Positions 6,855-15,400 of a DNA stretch of 32,007 nt are shown here, piece after piece (position 1 is the first letter of the stretch; each line of letters starts with the position of its first letter). The DNA comes from Candidatus Kerfeldbacteria bacterium (GTDB taxonomy: Bacteria; Patescibacteriota; Patescibacteriia; SBBC01): positions 1-32,007 of the forward strand of contig JACQKI010000015.1 in NCBI GenBank assembly GCA_016204645.1, written 5' to 3'. A program made the translations under genes and the position numbers. Under the pieces are notes generated by a model. The model was not told the DNA's origin. It ran no database searches and was given only the letters and a program-made list of their open reading frames with translations.

Positions 6855-8332
6855 ATTTCCAGCTGCCGAAACCGCGGTTGGTCTGGAGCATCGCCGGAGT
6901 CTACTGCCTGAGCGAAGTCCTGTCGTTCACGGGCTTCCTGCAACCAACCGTGGGGCTAGTCGCGTTTTGCCTGATCGCGTTCGGCGCGGCCGTGATTACC
7001 TGGCGCTCACTGGACAACGGCTTACTCGTGCTGCTGGCTGAGCTGTTCGTGGGCGGTAAAGGGTACTTGTACAGTCTCGAGGTCGGCCAGGTGACGGTTT
7101 CGATTCGGCACGCCCTGTTTGTCATCGTCGGATTGATCTGGCTGGTGAAGTCCGCAGCTGGCCGCGTACGGCCGCTGCTGCCGGCTGTGCTCAGCCGCTG
7201 GCTGGTAGCACTGGCAGCGGTGGTAGCGCTCGGGGTGGTGATCGGATTGATTCGCGGTAACCACCCACGCGACATCTTCTTCGACGCCAACGCCTTCCTG
7301 TTTTACCTGCTGGTACTCGTCTTGGCCTGGCCGAAGCTCGACTGGCCGCGATTCGTGACTAAGCTGCTGGCCGTAGTGGCGGCAGCTGCGGTCGTGCTGG
7401 GATTGAAGAGCTTGGTAGTCCTGGGCATCTTTGTACACTGGCGGATCGACGGACTGGTCGCAGTCTACCGGTGGATCCGCAATACCGGCGTCGGCGAAAT
7501 CGCGCCGATTTTCGGAGGAACCTACCGGGTCTTCTTCCAGAGCCAGGTGTACGGTTTGCTGGCCGTGGCGCTGCTAACGCCGTGGCTGCTGCCGCGCATC
7601 CGGCCGAGCGACCGGTGGCCGCGGTGGCTGCTGGTTCCAGTTACCCTGGCTTTGGCATCGGTCATGGTCTCACTCTCGCGCAGCTTCTGGCTCGGCGGTT
7701 CGCTGGCGGTCGTGGGAGCGGGGGTTGTTGTCTGGCGTCGCTACCATTGGGCGACTCGAGAGTGGGTTTCGGTAGGCGTAGCCAGCGCGTTGGTTCTGTT
7801 CGCAGCCTACACGCTCAACTCCTGGGCGCTCAACTTTCCGTACCCGTACCCGTTGCCCGGCGCACCCGGCCGCGGCGATGCGATCCGCGAACGGCTCACC
7901 ACCATCAGCGGGGAAGCCGCGGTCTCCAGCCGGCAGCAGCAGTTCAGGGCATTACTGCCGGCTATCGAGCAGCACCCGCTGTTCGGATCGGGTTTTGGGA
8001 CGGCCGTCACCTACCGGAGCCAAGACCCGCGCCAAACGCAGTTGCCTTCCCAGGGAATCTACACCACCTACGCTTTTGAATTGGCGTACCTCGACCTGGC
8101 GCTAAAGGTCGGCCTGGTCGGATTGCTGGTCTACCTCGGCTTGCTGGCCACTACCCTTAGGCAGCTAGTCCGCTCGATCAATCCGTTGACGTTCGGACTG
8201 GCTGTGGGCTTGGTTGCGCTGCTGGGCGTTCACCTGACAACCCCGTACCTCAATCATCCGCTCGGCATCGGCTTCGTGCTGCTCGCATTCGCCGCGATCG
8301 CCCGACTGCCGGCGGTCGGCCACCGCCCATGA
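6851..8332 (+). CDS. O-antigen ligase / Wzy_C-like polytopic membrane protein
   Basis: ATG 6851 forms an ATGA overlap with the upstream stop. The 493-aa protein has about 11-12 TM segments. It shows SLSRSFWLGG, a large extracytoplasmic loop, and HPLFGSGFGT followed by LALKVGLVGLL, as in the Wzy_C family. Confidence 0.7.
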   Translation: MNFQLPKPRLVWSIAGVYCLSEVLSFTGFLQPTVGLVAFCLIAFGAAVITWRSLDNGLLVLLAELFVGGKGYLYSLEVGQVTVSIRHALFVIVGLIWLVKSAAGRVRPLLPAVLSRWLVALAAVVALGVVIGLIRGNHPRDIFFDANAFLFYLLVLVLAWPKLDWPRFVTKLLAVVAAAAVVLGLKSLVVLGIFVHWRIDGLVAVYRWIRNTGVGEIAPIFGGTYRVFFQSQVYGLLAVALLTPWLLPRIRPSDRWPRWLLVPVTLALASVMVSLSRSFWLGGSLAVVGAGVVVWRRYHWATREWVSVGVASALVLFAAYTLNSWALNFPYPYPLPGAPGRGDAIRERLTTISGEAAVSSRQQQFRALLPAIEQHPLFGSGFGTAVTYRSQDPRQTQLPSQGIYTTYAFELAYLDLALKVGLVGLLVYLGLLATTLRQLVRSINPLTFGLAVGLVALLGVHLTTPYLNHPLGIGFVLLAFAAIARLPAVGHRP

Positions 8333-9333
8333 CCGTTTCCGTCCACATCGTTACCTGGAACAGCCAGTCCTTTCTTCCGGCTCTCCGGCGGAGCCTCGAA
8401 TCGCAAACGCACCAGCCCGAGCGGATTATCGTGATTGATAATAACTCGACTGACGGCACCCTCGACGGCTTAGCGGACTGGCCAGGTATCCACGTCCTGC
8501 GGCAGACCCGCAACCTAGGGTTTGCCCGAGCCCACAACCAGGCGATCAACCTCAGCCGCAGCCAAGCGGTGCTGGTCACCAACCCTGACGTGATCCTGGA
8601 ACCAAGTTGCCTCGCAGCGTTGGTTGACGCGCTCGAGCGTGATCTCCGGCTCGGCAGCGTTACTCCAAAAATCCGACGCTTCTCGCACACCTCGGACGAC
8701 TTGAGAGAACCAGTTCGCTCTGCTACGATTGACGCTGCCGGCATGGTCGTACGTCGGTCACGGCAAGCCCTCAACCGAGCTGAAGGGTCCGATGACCGCG
8801 GTCAGGTTGACCAACCCATCGACGTCTTCGGAGCGCCCGGCGTATTAGCCCTGTACCGCCGACAGGCGCTGAACGACGTAGCCTTTGGGCGAGAGTACTT
8901 TGATGAAGATTTCTTCGCCTATAAAGAAGACGTCGACGTGGCCTGGCGGCTGCGCTGGGCAGGCTGGGGGAGTCGCTACGTTCCGGCTGCCCGAGCCTAC
9001 CACTACCGGACGTTGGATCACCACCAAGACCGCCTGACGAAGCTGGTAGCCACGCGCTCCCGTCGGTCGCCAACGCTCCGCTACCTTTCGTATCGAAACC
9101 ATCTGCTCATGCTCATCAAGAACGAAACCATCGGTACGCTGCTGCCGCACCTGCCCTTCATCGCCTGGTACGAGCTGCGAAAGTTCCTGTTCGCGGCGGT
9201 CCGCGAGTGGTCGACCCTACGCGGCTTGGTCGACGCGCTCCGGCTCGCTCCCCGCATGCTCCGCAAACGCCGGGTGGTTACCGAGCGCCGTCGCCTGAGC
9301 GCATCCAGCATGCGTCGCCTGATCAGCCCATGA
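8329..9333 (+). CDS. Family 2 glycosyltransferase
   Basis: ATGA overlap at 8329-8332. It shows VHIVTWNS, VIDNNSTDGT, NLGFARAHN and KEDVDVAWRLRWAGW. 334 aa. Confidence 0.88.
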   Translation: MTVSVHIVTWNSQSFLPALRRSLESQTHQPERIIVIDNNSTDGTLDGLADWPGIHVLRQTRNLGFARAHNQAINLSRSQAVLVTNPDVILEPSCLAALVDALERDLRLGSVTPKIRRFSHTSDDLREPVRSATIDAAGMVVRRSRQALNRAEGSDDRGQVDQPIDVFGAPGVLALYRRQALNDVAFGREYFDEDFFAYKEDVDVAWRLRWAGWGSRYVPAARAYHYRTLDHHQDRLTKLVATRSRRSPTLRYLSYRNHLLMLIKNETIGTLLPHLPFIAWYELRKFLFAAVREWSTLRGLVDALRLAPRMLRKRRVVTERRRLSASSMRRLISP

Positions 9334-10145
9334 ACCTTGACCTGTCGGTCATCATCGTTAACTACAAAGAACCCGGTTTCTTGCGGCAGTGCCTAAAAGG
9401 CATCCGTTCGGCTAACCCGAGACTGACTTACGAAATCATCGTGATTGACAATGCCTCAAACGACGGGAGCGTCGACATGGTGCGAGAACACTTTCCGGAT
9501 GTTCAGCTCTTGGCCCAAACCGTCAACCGCGGCTTTGCGGTCGGTGTCAACCTCGGACTGCGAGCCTCGTCTGGCCGGTACGTGCTGATCCTCAATCCGG
9601 ATATGGCAATCTTCGCCGGCAGCCTCGAGTCATTAGTCGCCTACCTCGATGCCCATTCACAAGTCGGGATGGTAGCCCCCAAGCTGCTCAACCCGGACGG
9701 CTCGGTTCAGATGTCGTGTCTTCTATTTCCCAAGTTGACCACTCCGATTTTGCGCCGGACGCCGATCGGCCAGCTGCCGTTTGCCCGCCGGCAGCTCCGC
9801 GCGTACCTGATGGTGGATTGGGACCACCGCGCCGAACGACCAGTCGAATGGGTCCTGGGCTCGTGTATGCTAGTTCGACGATCGGCGGTCGACCACGTCG
9901 GGCCAATGGACGAACGATTCTTCATGTACTTCGAGGATGTTGACTGGTGCCGGAGATTCTGGGAAAAACATTGGCGCGTCGTCTACCTCCCGTCGGTCCA
10001 GCTGGTTCACTACCACCAGCGGATGTCGGCTGAAAATCCCGGGTTGAAAGGCGTGTTCCAGAAGCTAACCCGTATTCACATTCAGAGCGGCTTCAAGTAC
10101 TTCCAAAAGTACTGGAGAATCCCGAATCCGCAGTTGGTAGCCTGA
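9330..10145 (+). CDS. Family 2 glycosyltransferase
   Basis: ATGA overlap at 9330-9333. It shows LSVIIVNYKE, VIDNASNDGS, NRGFAVGVN and FEDVDWCRRFW. 271 aa. The track ORF 9207.. is a 5-prime over-extension. Confidence 0.88.
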   Translation: MNLDLSVIIVNYKEPGFLRQCLKGIRSANPRLTYEIIVIDNASNDGSVDMVREHFPDVQLLAQTVNRGFAVGVNLGLRASSGRYVLILNPDMAIFAGSLESLVAYLDAHSQVGMVAPKLLNPDGSVQMSCLLFPKLTTPILRRTPIGQLPFARRQLRAYLMVDWDHRAERPVEWVLGSCMLVRRSAVDHVGPMDERFFMYFEDVDWCRRFWEKHWRVVYLPSVQLVHYHQRMSAENPGLKGVFQKLTRIHIQSGFKYFQKYWRIPNPQLVA

Positions 10146-10147
10146 CC

Positions 10148-12064
10148 ATGAAACTCATCCCAAAGCTCAAGCGTCGGTCGGGCTGGCGCGGTCGACTGAT
10201 CGCCTGGGCGGCCTGCCATCCGGTAGCCGCCCGGGTCATCGGATTAGTTCTGGCGCTGTCGGTTTTTACTGCGGCCATTCTAGCGCCGGTGCAAGCCGCG
10301 ATCGAGCACGGCCGATCTGCCCGCGAGTTCCTGACCACAGCTCAGCAGGCGCTCTCCAAGCAGGACTTTTCCGCCGCCTTGGACGCCACCGAGCAAGCAG
10401 CGCGCGAGCTGGCCGCGACTGACCGCGCTGTCGACAAGCTCGCCGCGCTGCGCCCGCTCCCCATCATCGGCACCCAGGTTACCGCGGTCGAGGTGCTGAC
10501 CGACGTAGCTCGACTGCTGGTCGGGGCCATGCAGGATGGCACCGCTGCCGGCGACTCAATTTTTGGACCACTGAAAGCCGGGCGCGGCAGCGTCAGCTTG
10601 GCCCAGCTGACCCCGGCGGACAAGCGAGCGATCCTGGAGCGGATTGCGACCTCGGGGCCGCAGCTGGAGCGGGTCAGGCAGCACGTCCAACGAGCAGCCG
10701 AGCGGTTCCACGACATGCCGCGAAACGGGCTGTTCCCCCCGCTGCGGTCCGCGATTGCTCCGCTCGAAGAGCAGGTGCCGTTCTTGGAACAGGTCGCCGA
10801 GCAGCTCATTCCAGCCACCCGAATCATCCCGGCCGTGGCCGGATTCCCTGACCCGAAGACGTACCTGCTCCTGCTCCAAAACAACTCAGAACTCCGGCCA
10901 ACCGGCGGCTTCATCGGTACGTACGGCATCCTGAAGGTCTCGTCCGGAGAGATTACGTCGTTTACCACCAACGATGTTTACACCCTCGACAAGCCGGTCG
11001 CCGACAGCCTGTTCATCGAGCCGCCGGCTCCGCTCCGACGGTACAACAATGCTACGCAGTGGTTTTTTCGCGACGCCAACTGGTCGCCCGACTTTCCAAC
11101 CTCCGCCCAAAAGGCCCTCGAGTTTTATCGCCTCGAAAACGGCCCACAGCGCAGCTTCGACGGCGTGATAGCGGTCACGCCGACCTTTGTCAGCTCGCTG
11201 CTGACAATCAGCGGTGACATCACGGTCGACGGCATCACCTTTACGCCGGACAACCTGGTCGACCGGCTGCAGCCGCTGGCCGAGCGTAAGGAACTGATCG
11301 GGGAAATGTCAAAAACCTTGCTCAACCGTCTGCTGGCCCTGCCGCAGCGCCGCTGGCAAGAAATGATCGTAGCATTGACGACCGCCCTGGAAGAAAAGCA
11401 CATGCTGCTGTACGCTGGCGACGCATCGCTGCAGGAACAGATCCTCGGACAGAACTGGGGCGGGGAAGTGCGCCCGGCGTCGATCGACGGGTTCTACGTG
11501 GTCGATGCAAACCTAGCCAGTCTCAAAACCGACCAGGTGGTCGACCGCTCGATCAACTACGAACTTACGGTTGAACGCGACCAGGCGACCGCCACGGTAA
11601 CTATCAGCTACACCAACCGCGGCGCCTTTACTCGGACCACGACGCGGTACCGTACCTACGCGCGGCTGTACGTCCCGAACGGCAGCACCCTGATCAGCGC
11701 TGACGGCGCCATGCGCAACGACAAAATTCGAGGCGGCGGGGTCGGCACCGTCGACGTCGGGCAGGACCTCAACCGGACCGTATTCGGTGCATTCATCTCA
11801 ATCGAGCCCGGAGAAACCAAATCGCTTTCGTTCAGTTACCGGCTGCCGGCGGCGGTCGTTGAGTCCCTCAACCGGGGACAGTACCAGCTGTACGTCCAGA
11901 AGCAACCGGGCACGATTGCCCACCGGCTTTCCGCCAGTCTAGAATTTTCAAGGAACGTCGAGCTGGTCAGTGGAGTTGACAGCGCGGAACAATCCGGTCA
12001 TAGTCGAGTGTCGGTTGCATCCGATCTCCGAACCGACCGACAGCTGACCGTAACCTTTAAGTAA
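10148..12064 (+). CDS. DUF4012-like membrane-anchored extracytoplasmic protein
   Basis: 638 aa with a single N-terminal TM ([19 protein letters not shown]). [22 protein letters not shown] (nt 10862-10921) matches my recollection of the QNNxExRxxGG core of DUF4012. The context is a glycosyltransferase operon. Confidence 0.6.
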   Translation: MKLIPKLKRRSGWRGRLIAWAACHPVAARVIGLVLALSVFTAAILAPVQAAIEHGRSAREFLTTAQQALSKQDFSAALDATEQAARELAATDRAVDKLAALRPLPIIGTQVTAVEVLTDVARLLVGAMQDGTAAGDSIFGPLKAGRGSVSLAQLTPADKRAILERIATSGPQLERVRQHVQRAAERFHDMPRNGLFPPLRSAIAPLEEQVPFLEQVAEQLIPATRIIPAVAGFPDPKTYLLLLQNNSELRPTGGFIGTYGILKVSSGEITSFTTNDVYTLDKPVADSLFIEPPAPLRRYNNATQWFFRDANWSPDFPTSAQKALEFYRLENGPQRSFDGVIAVTPTFVSSLLTISGDITVDGITFTPDNLVDRLQPLAERKELIGEMSKTLLNRLLALPQRRWQEMIVALTTALEEKHMLLYAGDASLQEQILGQNWGGEVRPASIDGFYVVDANLASLKTDQVVDRSINYELTVERDQATATVTISYTNRGAFTRTTTRYRTYARLYVPNGSTLISADGAMRNDKIRGGGVGTVDVGQDLNRTVFGAFISIEPGETKSLSFSYRLPAAVVESLNRGQYQLYVQKQPGTIAHRLSASLEFSRNVELVSGVDSAEQSGHSRVSVASDLRTDRQLTVTFK

Positions 12065-12066
12065 CC

Positions 12067-13074
12067 GTGTTCATCAAGCGCATCGGCATCGACCTCGGTA
12101 CCACCTACACGCTCGTCCACCTCCCCGGACGAGGCATTGTGCTGAACGAACCGTCGGTGGTGGCTCTATCGGTTGCCGATCGGAAGATCTTAGCCGTCGG
12201 CAACGAAGCGAAAGAAATGCTCGGCCGGACACCTGACTCAATCGTCGCCACTCGGCCGCTCAAAGACGGCGTGATCGCCGACTACCGGACTACCGAAGCG
12301 ATGCTCCGTTACTTCATCAACAAGGCCACCGGCGGAATTCGACTGTTCCGGCCGGAGGTCATGATCGCTGTGCCGGCCGGCATCACCTCAACCGAACGAC
12401 GGGCCGTAATCGATGCAACCATCGCCGCCGGCGCGAAAGCCGCCTACATCATCAAGGAACCAATCGCCGCCGCCATCGGCGCGAACATCCCCATCGGTTC
12501 GGCATCCGGCCACATGATCATCGACATCGGCGGCGGCACCAGCGAAATCGCGGTCATCAGCCTCGGCGGCATCGTCGCCAACACCAGCGTGCGGATCGGC
12601 GGCAACAAGCTGGATGCCGCCATCCAAGAGTACATCCGCAAGAAGTACGGCTTGGCCATCGGTGAGCGAACTGCCGAGGAACTGAAGATTAACATTGGCT
12701 CGGCCGTGCCATTGGATAAGAAACTGACCGTGGAAATCCGCGGCCGCGACGTGGTCAGCGGCTTGCCGAAAACCATTAGCGTCGTGTCGGACGACGTTAC
12801 CGAGGCCATCCAAGACGAGCTGGGCGGCATCATCCAGGCCGTCAAGCTCGTGCTCCAGGAAACGCCGCCCGAGCTGTCGGCCGACGTCATCGACAAAGGT
12901 ATGGTTTTGTCCGGAGGATCGGCTCAGCTCAGGCACATCGATCAACTGCTGACGCAAGCCACCGGAGTGCCGGCCTACGTGGCTGATGATCCGCTGCTGT
13001 GCGTCGCCCGTGGCACCGGCATCGCCCTCGACAACCTCGAGTCGTACAAGCGCAGCATCCTGTCGGCAAAGTAA
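12067..13074 (+). CDS. MreB/Mbl-family actin homologue, paralogue 1 (inside the glycan operon)
   Basis: 335 aa, GTG start 2 nt after the DUF4012 stop. Phosphate-1 is GIDLGTTYT, phosphate-2 is [13 protein letters not shown], and the adenosine motif is VLSGGSAQL. It is roughly 50-55% identical by eye to the mreB at 18128. Confidence 0.9.
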   Translation: MFIKRIGIDLGTTYTLVHLPGRGIVLNEPSVVALSVADRKILAVGNEAKEMLGRTPDSIVATRPLKDGVIADYRTTEAMLRYFINKATGGIRLFRPEVMIAVPAGITSTERRAVIDATIAAGAKAAYIIKEPIAAAIGANIPIGSASGHMIIDIGGGTSEIAVISLGGIVANTSVRIGGNKLDAAIQEYIRKKYGLAIGERTAEELKINIGSAVPLDKKLTVEIRGRDVVSGLPKTISVVSDDVTEAIQDELGGIIQAVKLVLQETPPELSADVIDKGMVLSGGSAQLRHIDQLLTQATGVPAYVADDPLLCVARGTGIALDNLESYKRSILSAK

Positions 13075-13076
13075 GT

Positions 13077-14276
13077 ATGGTCATCGGGATCGATGCATCA
13101 CGCGCCAACGTTCGGGAACGAACCGGAACTGAGTGGTACGCCTTCCACCTGATACGCGCCCTGACGGCTATCGACCGATCCAATCGGTACGTTTTGTACC
13201 TAACGGAACAGCCGATCGACGACCTCCGGCAGCTCGGGCCGAACGTCACCTACCGGATTTTGGGCTGGCCATTTCGGTTGCTGTGGAGCCAGCTTCGCTT
13301 ATCCTTGGAGATGCTGCGGCGTCCGCCCGACCTACTGTTCGTGCCGGCTCACACCATTCCGATCATCCACCCGCGCAGCACGGTCACTACCCTCCACGAC
13401 GTCGGCTTCGAGCGGTTCCCCGAACTGTACGGTCGCCGGCCGATCGGACGTCCAGGCCTGACGGGACGACTGCTCGGGTTAGTCATTCGGCTGCTGACGC
13501 TCGGTCGGTACGGCAACAGCGAGCTCGACTACCACCGATGGTCTGCCCGCCTGGCAGCCTCGAAAGCGGCCCACGTGATCACAGTTTCACAGTTTACTAA
13601 GTCTGAAATCATCAGCTGCTACGGAACTGATGCTGCGCGAATCAGCGTCGTCCACCTCGGTTTTGACCGGACGGAGTTCCAGCGCCCGCCGCCTCCGGCC
13701 ATAGACAGCGCCGTCGCTCGTTTTCGGATTGCCAGGCCATACGCCATCTTCGTCGGCCGACTGGAAAGAAAAAAGAACATTACCGGCGTTATCAACGCCT
13801 TGGCGCGTGCGCGGCGAACGCTACCGACGCTCCAGCTGGTATTGATCGGAAACCCGGGGTTAGGCTGGGGTGAAGCCGAGCGCCTGATTCGGATGCACCG
13901 ACTGGACGCAGCGGTTTACCGGCTTGGCTGGCAGCCCCGCCACGTGTACGTTCCGCTGCTAGCTGGCGCAACCGCTCTGGTATTCATCTCTCGCTACGAA
14001 GGTTTTGGCCTACCGGTACTCGAAGCCTTCGCGGTCGATACGCCGGTGATAGTCGCTTCGGGTTCGGCCTTACCCGAAGTTGCAGGCAGCGCCGCAATCG
14101 CGGTCGCTCCCGATGACACTGACGGAGCTGCCCGCGCGCTGATCGACCTAGCCAGCGACAACCAACTTCGTCGAGCGCTGCTGACGCGGGCCCGGCAACG
14201 CCTCGCCCTGTTCAGCTGGTCCCGCGTCGCTCAAGCGACACTGGCTATACTCGAACGGGTCGGCCAGCGCCGGTGA
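13077..14276 (+). CDS. GT4 (group 1) glycosyltransferase
   Basis: ATG 13077 lies 2 nt after the MreB-paralogue stop. It has the YEGFGLPVLEAFA signature of the GT-B/GT4 E-x7-E region. 399 aa. The track ORF 12999.. is over-extended. Confidence 0.88.
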   Translation: MVIGIDASRANVRERTGTEWYAFHLIRALTAIDRSNRYVLYLTEQPIDDLRQLGPNVTYRILGWPFRLLWSQLRLSLEMLRRPPDLLFVPAHTIPIIHPRSTVTTLHDVGFERFPELYGRRPIGRPGLTGRLLGLVIRLLTLGRYGNSELDYHRWSARLAASKAAHVITVSQFTKSEIISCYGTDAARISVVHLGFDRTEFQRPPPPAIDSAVARFRIARPYAIFVGRLERKKNITGVINALARARRTLPTLQLVLIGNPGLGWGEAERLIRMHRLDAAVYRLGWQPRHVYVPLLAGATALVFISRYEGFGLPVLEAFAVDTPVIVASGSALPEVAGSAAIAVAPDDTDGAARALIDLASDNQLRRALLTRARQRLALFSWSRVAQATLAILERVGQRR

Positions 14277-14288
14277 CCGAACAGAGGG

Positions 14289-14317
14289 TTGCATGAAACA
14301 CGCAACCGTGGTAGAGT
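14289..14317 (+). promoter_or_regulatory. Candidate promoter TTGCAT-N17-TAGAGT upstream of holB
   Basis: -35 TTGCAT lies at 14289-14294, followed by a 17-nt spacer and -10 TAGAGT at 14312-14317. The hexamer abuts ATG 14318. If it is functional, the true start is more likely the in-frame GTG 14333 or ATG 14342. Confidence 0.3.
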
Positions 14318-15400
14318 ATGCGACGCTGTACCGTGACTAACATGCGCGCAAAATCCAGCCGGCCGAAGGCGGCCGCCGCCCGGTCACGAGCCGTGGCCGC
14401 TTCGGCGCATCCGACGACTGACCACCAGTCGGGCATACCCGTCAACCCTCGATCGGCCGAGTACCTACGCCAGTTGCTCAACGGCCGGCGCCGCTCCCAC
14501 GCCTACCTGATTGTCGGCCCGCGTGGGGTCGGTAAGACGTGGCTGGCTCGGGTCATGGCCAACGCCGCGGTCTGTCATCGTCCGAGCAACGGTCAGGCCT
14601 GCGGCGATTGCGAATCATGCGCAATGTTCGCCCTTAACCGGCATCCGGACGTGACCGTGGTCGGCGAACGCGAACAGCCGACTACAGTCGAGCACATCCG
14701 AGCGCTGCTCTCGACGCTCGACCGACGTCCAACCGTTTCCCAGCGACGAGTTACGGTGATTGACCAAGCCGAACAGCTAACCGAAGAAGCGGCCAACGCG
14801 CTGCTCAAGTCTCTCGAGGAACCGAGCGGCGCCGGCATGTTCATCCTGACCGCTTCGAGCCTACGAGCGCTGCCGCCGACCGTTGTTTCGCGCTGTGCCG
14901 TTGTCACGGTCGCGCCTGTCCCGGTTGAAACGCTCAAGGCGCAGCTGATCCGAGACGGACTCGACTCCACCCGAGCCGGGGCCATCGCCGTCCTGAGCGA
15001 CGGGCGGCCTGGAATTGCCCGCTACCTAGCAACCCTGCCAGCAGCCTACGAACAGTTTCTGGCCGATTCGGATGTGCTGATCTCCGTATGGCGAGCTCCG
15101 CTGCACGAACGGTTGACCATGGCGGCTGACGTCGTCGACGACTACCAAGAACCGAGCCGGCTGATCGGATTGCTCGAACGGTGGCAGTCGTTGATCGGAC
15201 GGCTACTCCGGATTTCGGCTGGACTGTCTGACCGCGGGCCGCGGCACGAACAGCTGCACGACATCGCCCGCCGCCTGACCCCCAGCTCCTTCGCCGAAAC
15301 CGCCGACCGCTTGCTGGCGGTTCGGCAACGACTCAACGGCACAGCTAATACTCGCCTGAATATCGAGTCACTCGTCTTGCACTTGCCACGACTGGTATGA
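14318..15400 (+). CDS. holB: DNA polymerase III subunit delta-prime (HolB)
   Basis: AAA+ P-loop HAYLIVGPRGVGKTWLA and a Cys cluster CHRPSNGQACGDCESCAMF. It also shows VTVIDQAEQLT (Walker B-like) and ANALLKSLEEP. The start is uncertain, with in-frame alternatives at 14333 and 14342. Confidence 0.85.
   Translation: MRRCTVTNMRAKSSRPKAAAARSRAVAASAHPTTDHQSGIPVNPRSAEYLRQLLNGRRRSHAYLIVGPRGVGKTWLARVMANAAVCHRPSNGQACGDCESCAMFALNRHPDVTVVGEREQPTTVEHIRALLSTLDRRPTVSQRRVTVIDQAEQLTEEAANALLKSLEEPSGAGMFILTASSLRALPPTVVSRCAVVTVAPVPVETLKAQLIRDGLDSTRAGAIAVLSDGRPGIARYLATLPAAYEQFLADSDVLISVWRAPLHERLTMAADVVDDYQEPSRLIGLLERWQSLIGRLLRISAGLSDRGPRHEQLHDIARRLTPSSFAETADRLLAVRQRLNGTANTRLNIESLVLHLPRLV

Noticed and set aside
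7471-8079. Alternative-frame ORFs within the Wzy-like gene (7471..8079, 7878..8105) and within other genes (1648..1968, 13133..13600, 20677..21279, 27633..27989, 27929..28384).
   Set aside because: Their translations are Arg/Pro/Ser/Ala-rich, typical of off-frame reading of GC-rich coding DNA. They have no motifs and always lie inside a better-supported gene.
12388-12957. A 189-aa antisense ORF inside MreB paralogue 1. Similar long antisense ORFs occur inside mreB (18536..19066), the Asp-box gene (15415..15984), mrdA (21966..22436) and lysS (23122..23646).
   Set aside because: They are codon-aligned with the sense frame. In GC-rich genes the sense codons TTA, CTA and TCA that would create antisense stops are rare, so long antisense ORFs arise by chance. 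Their translations are low-complexity (Asp/Gly/Ala/Arg-rich) with no recognisable motifs.
14287-14307. Hairpin GGTTGC-N9-GCAACC after the GT4 gene as an operon terminator.
   Set aside because: It has only a 6-bp stem, a 9-nt loop and no downstream U tract. It also overlaps the candidate holB -35 element. It is too weak to call.
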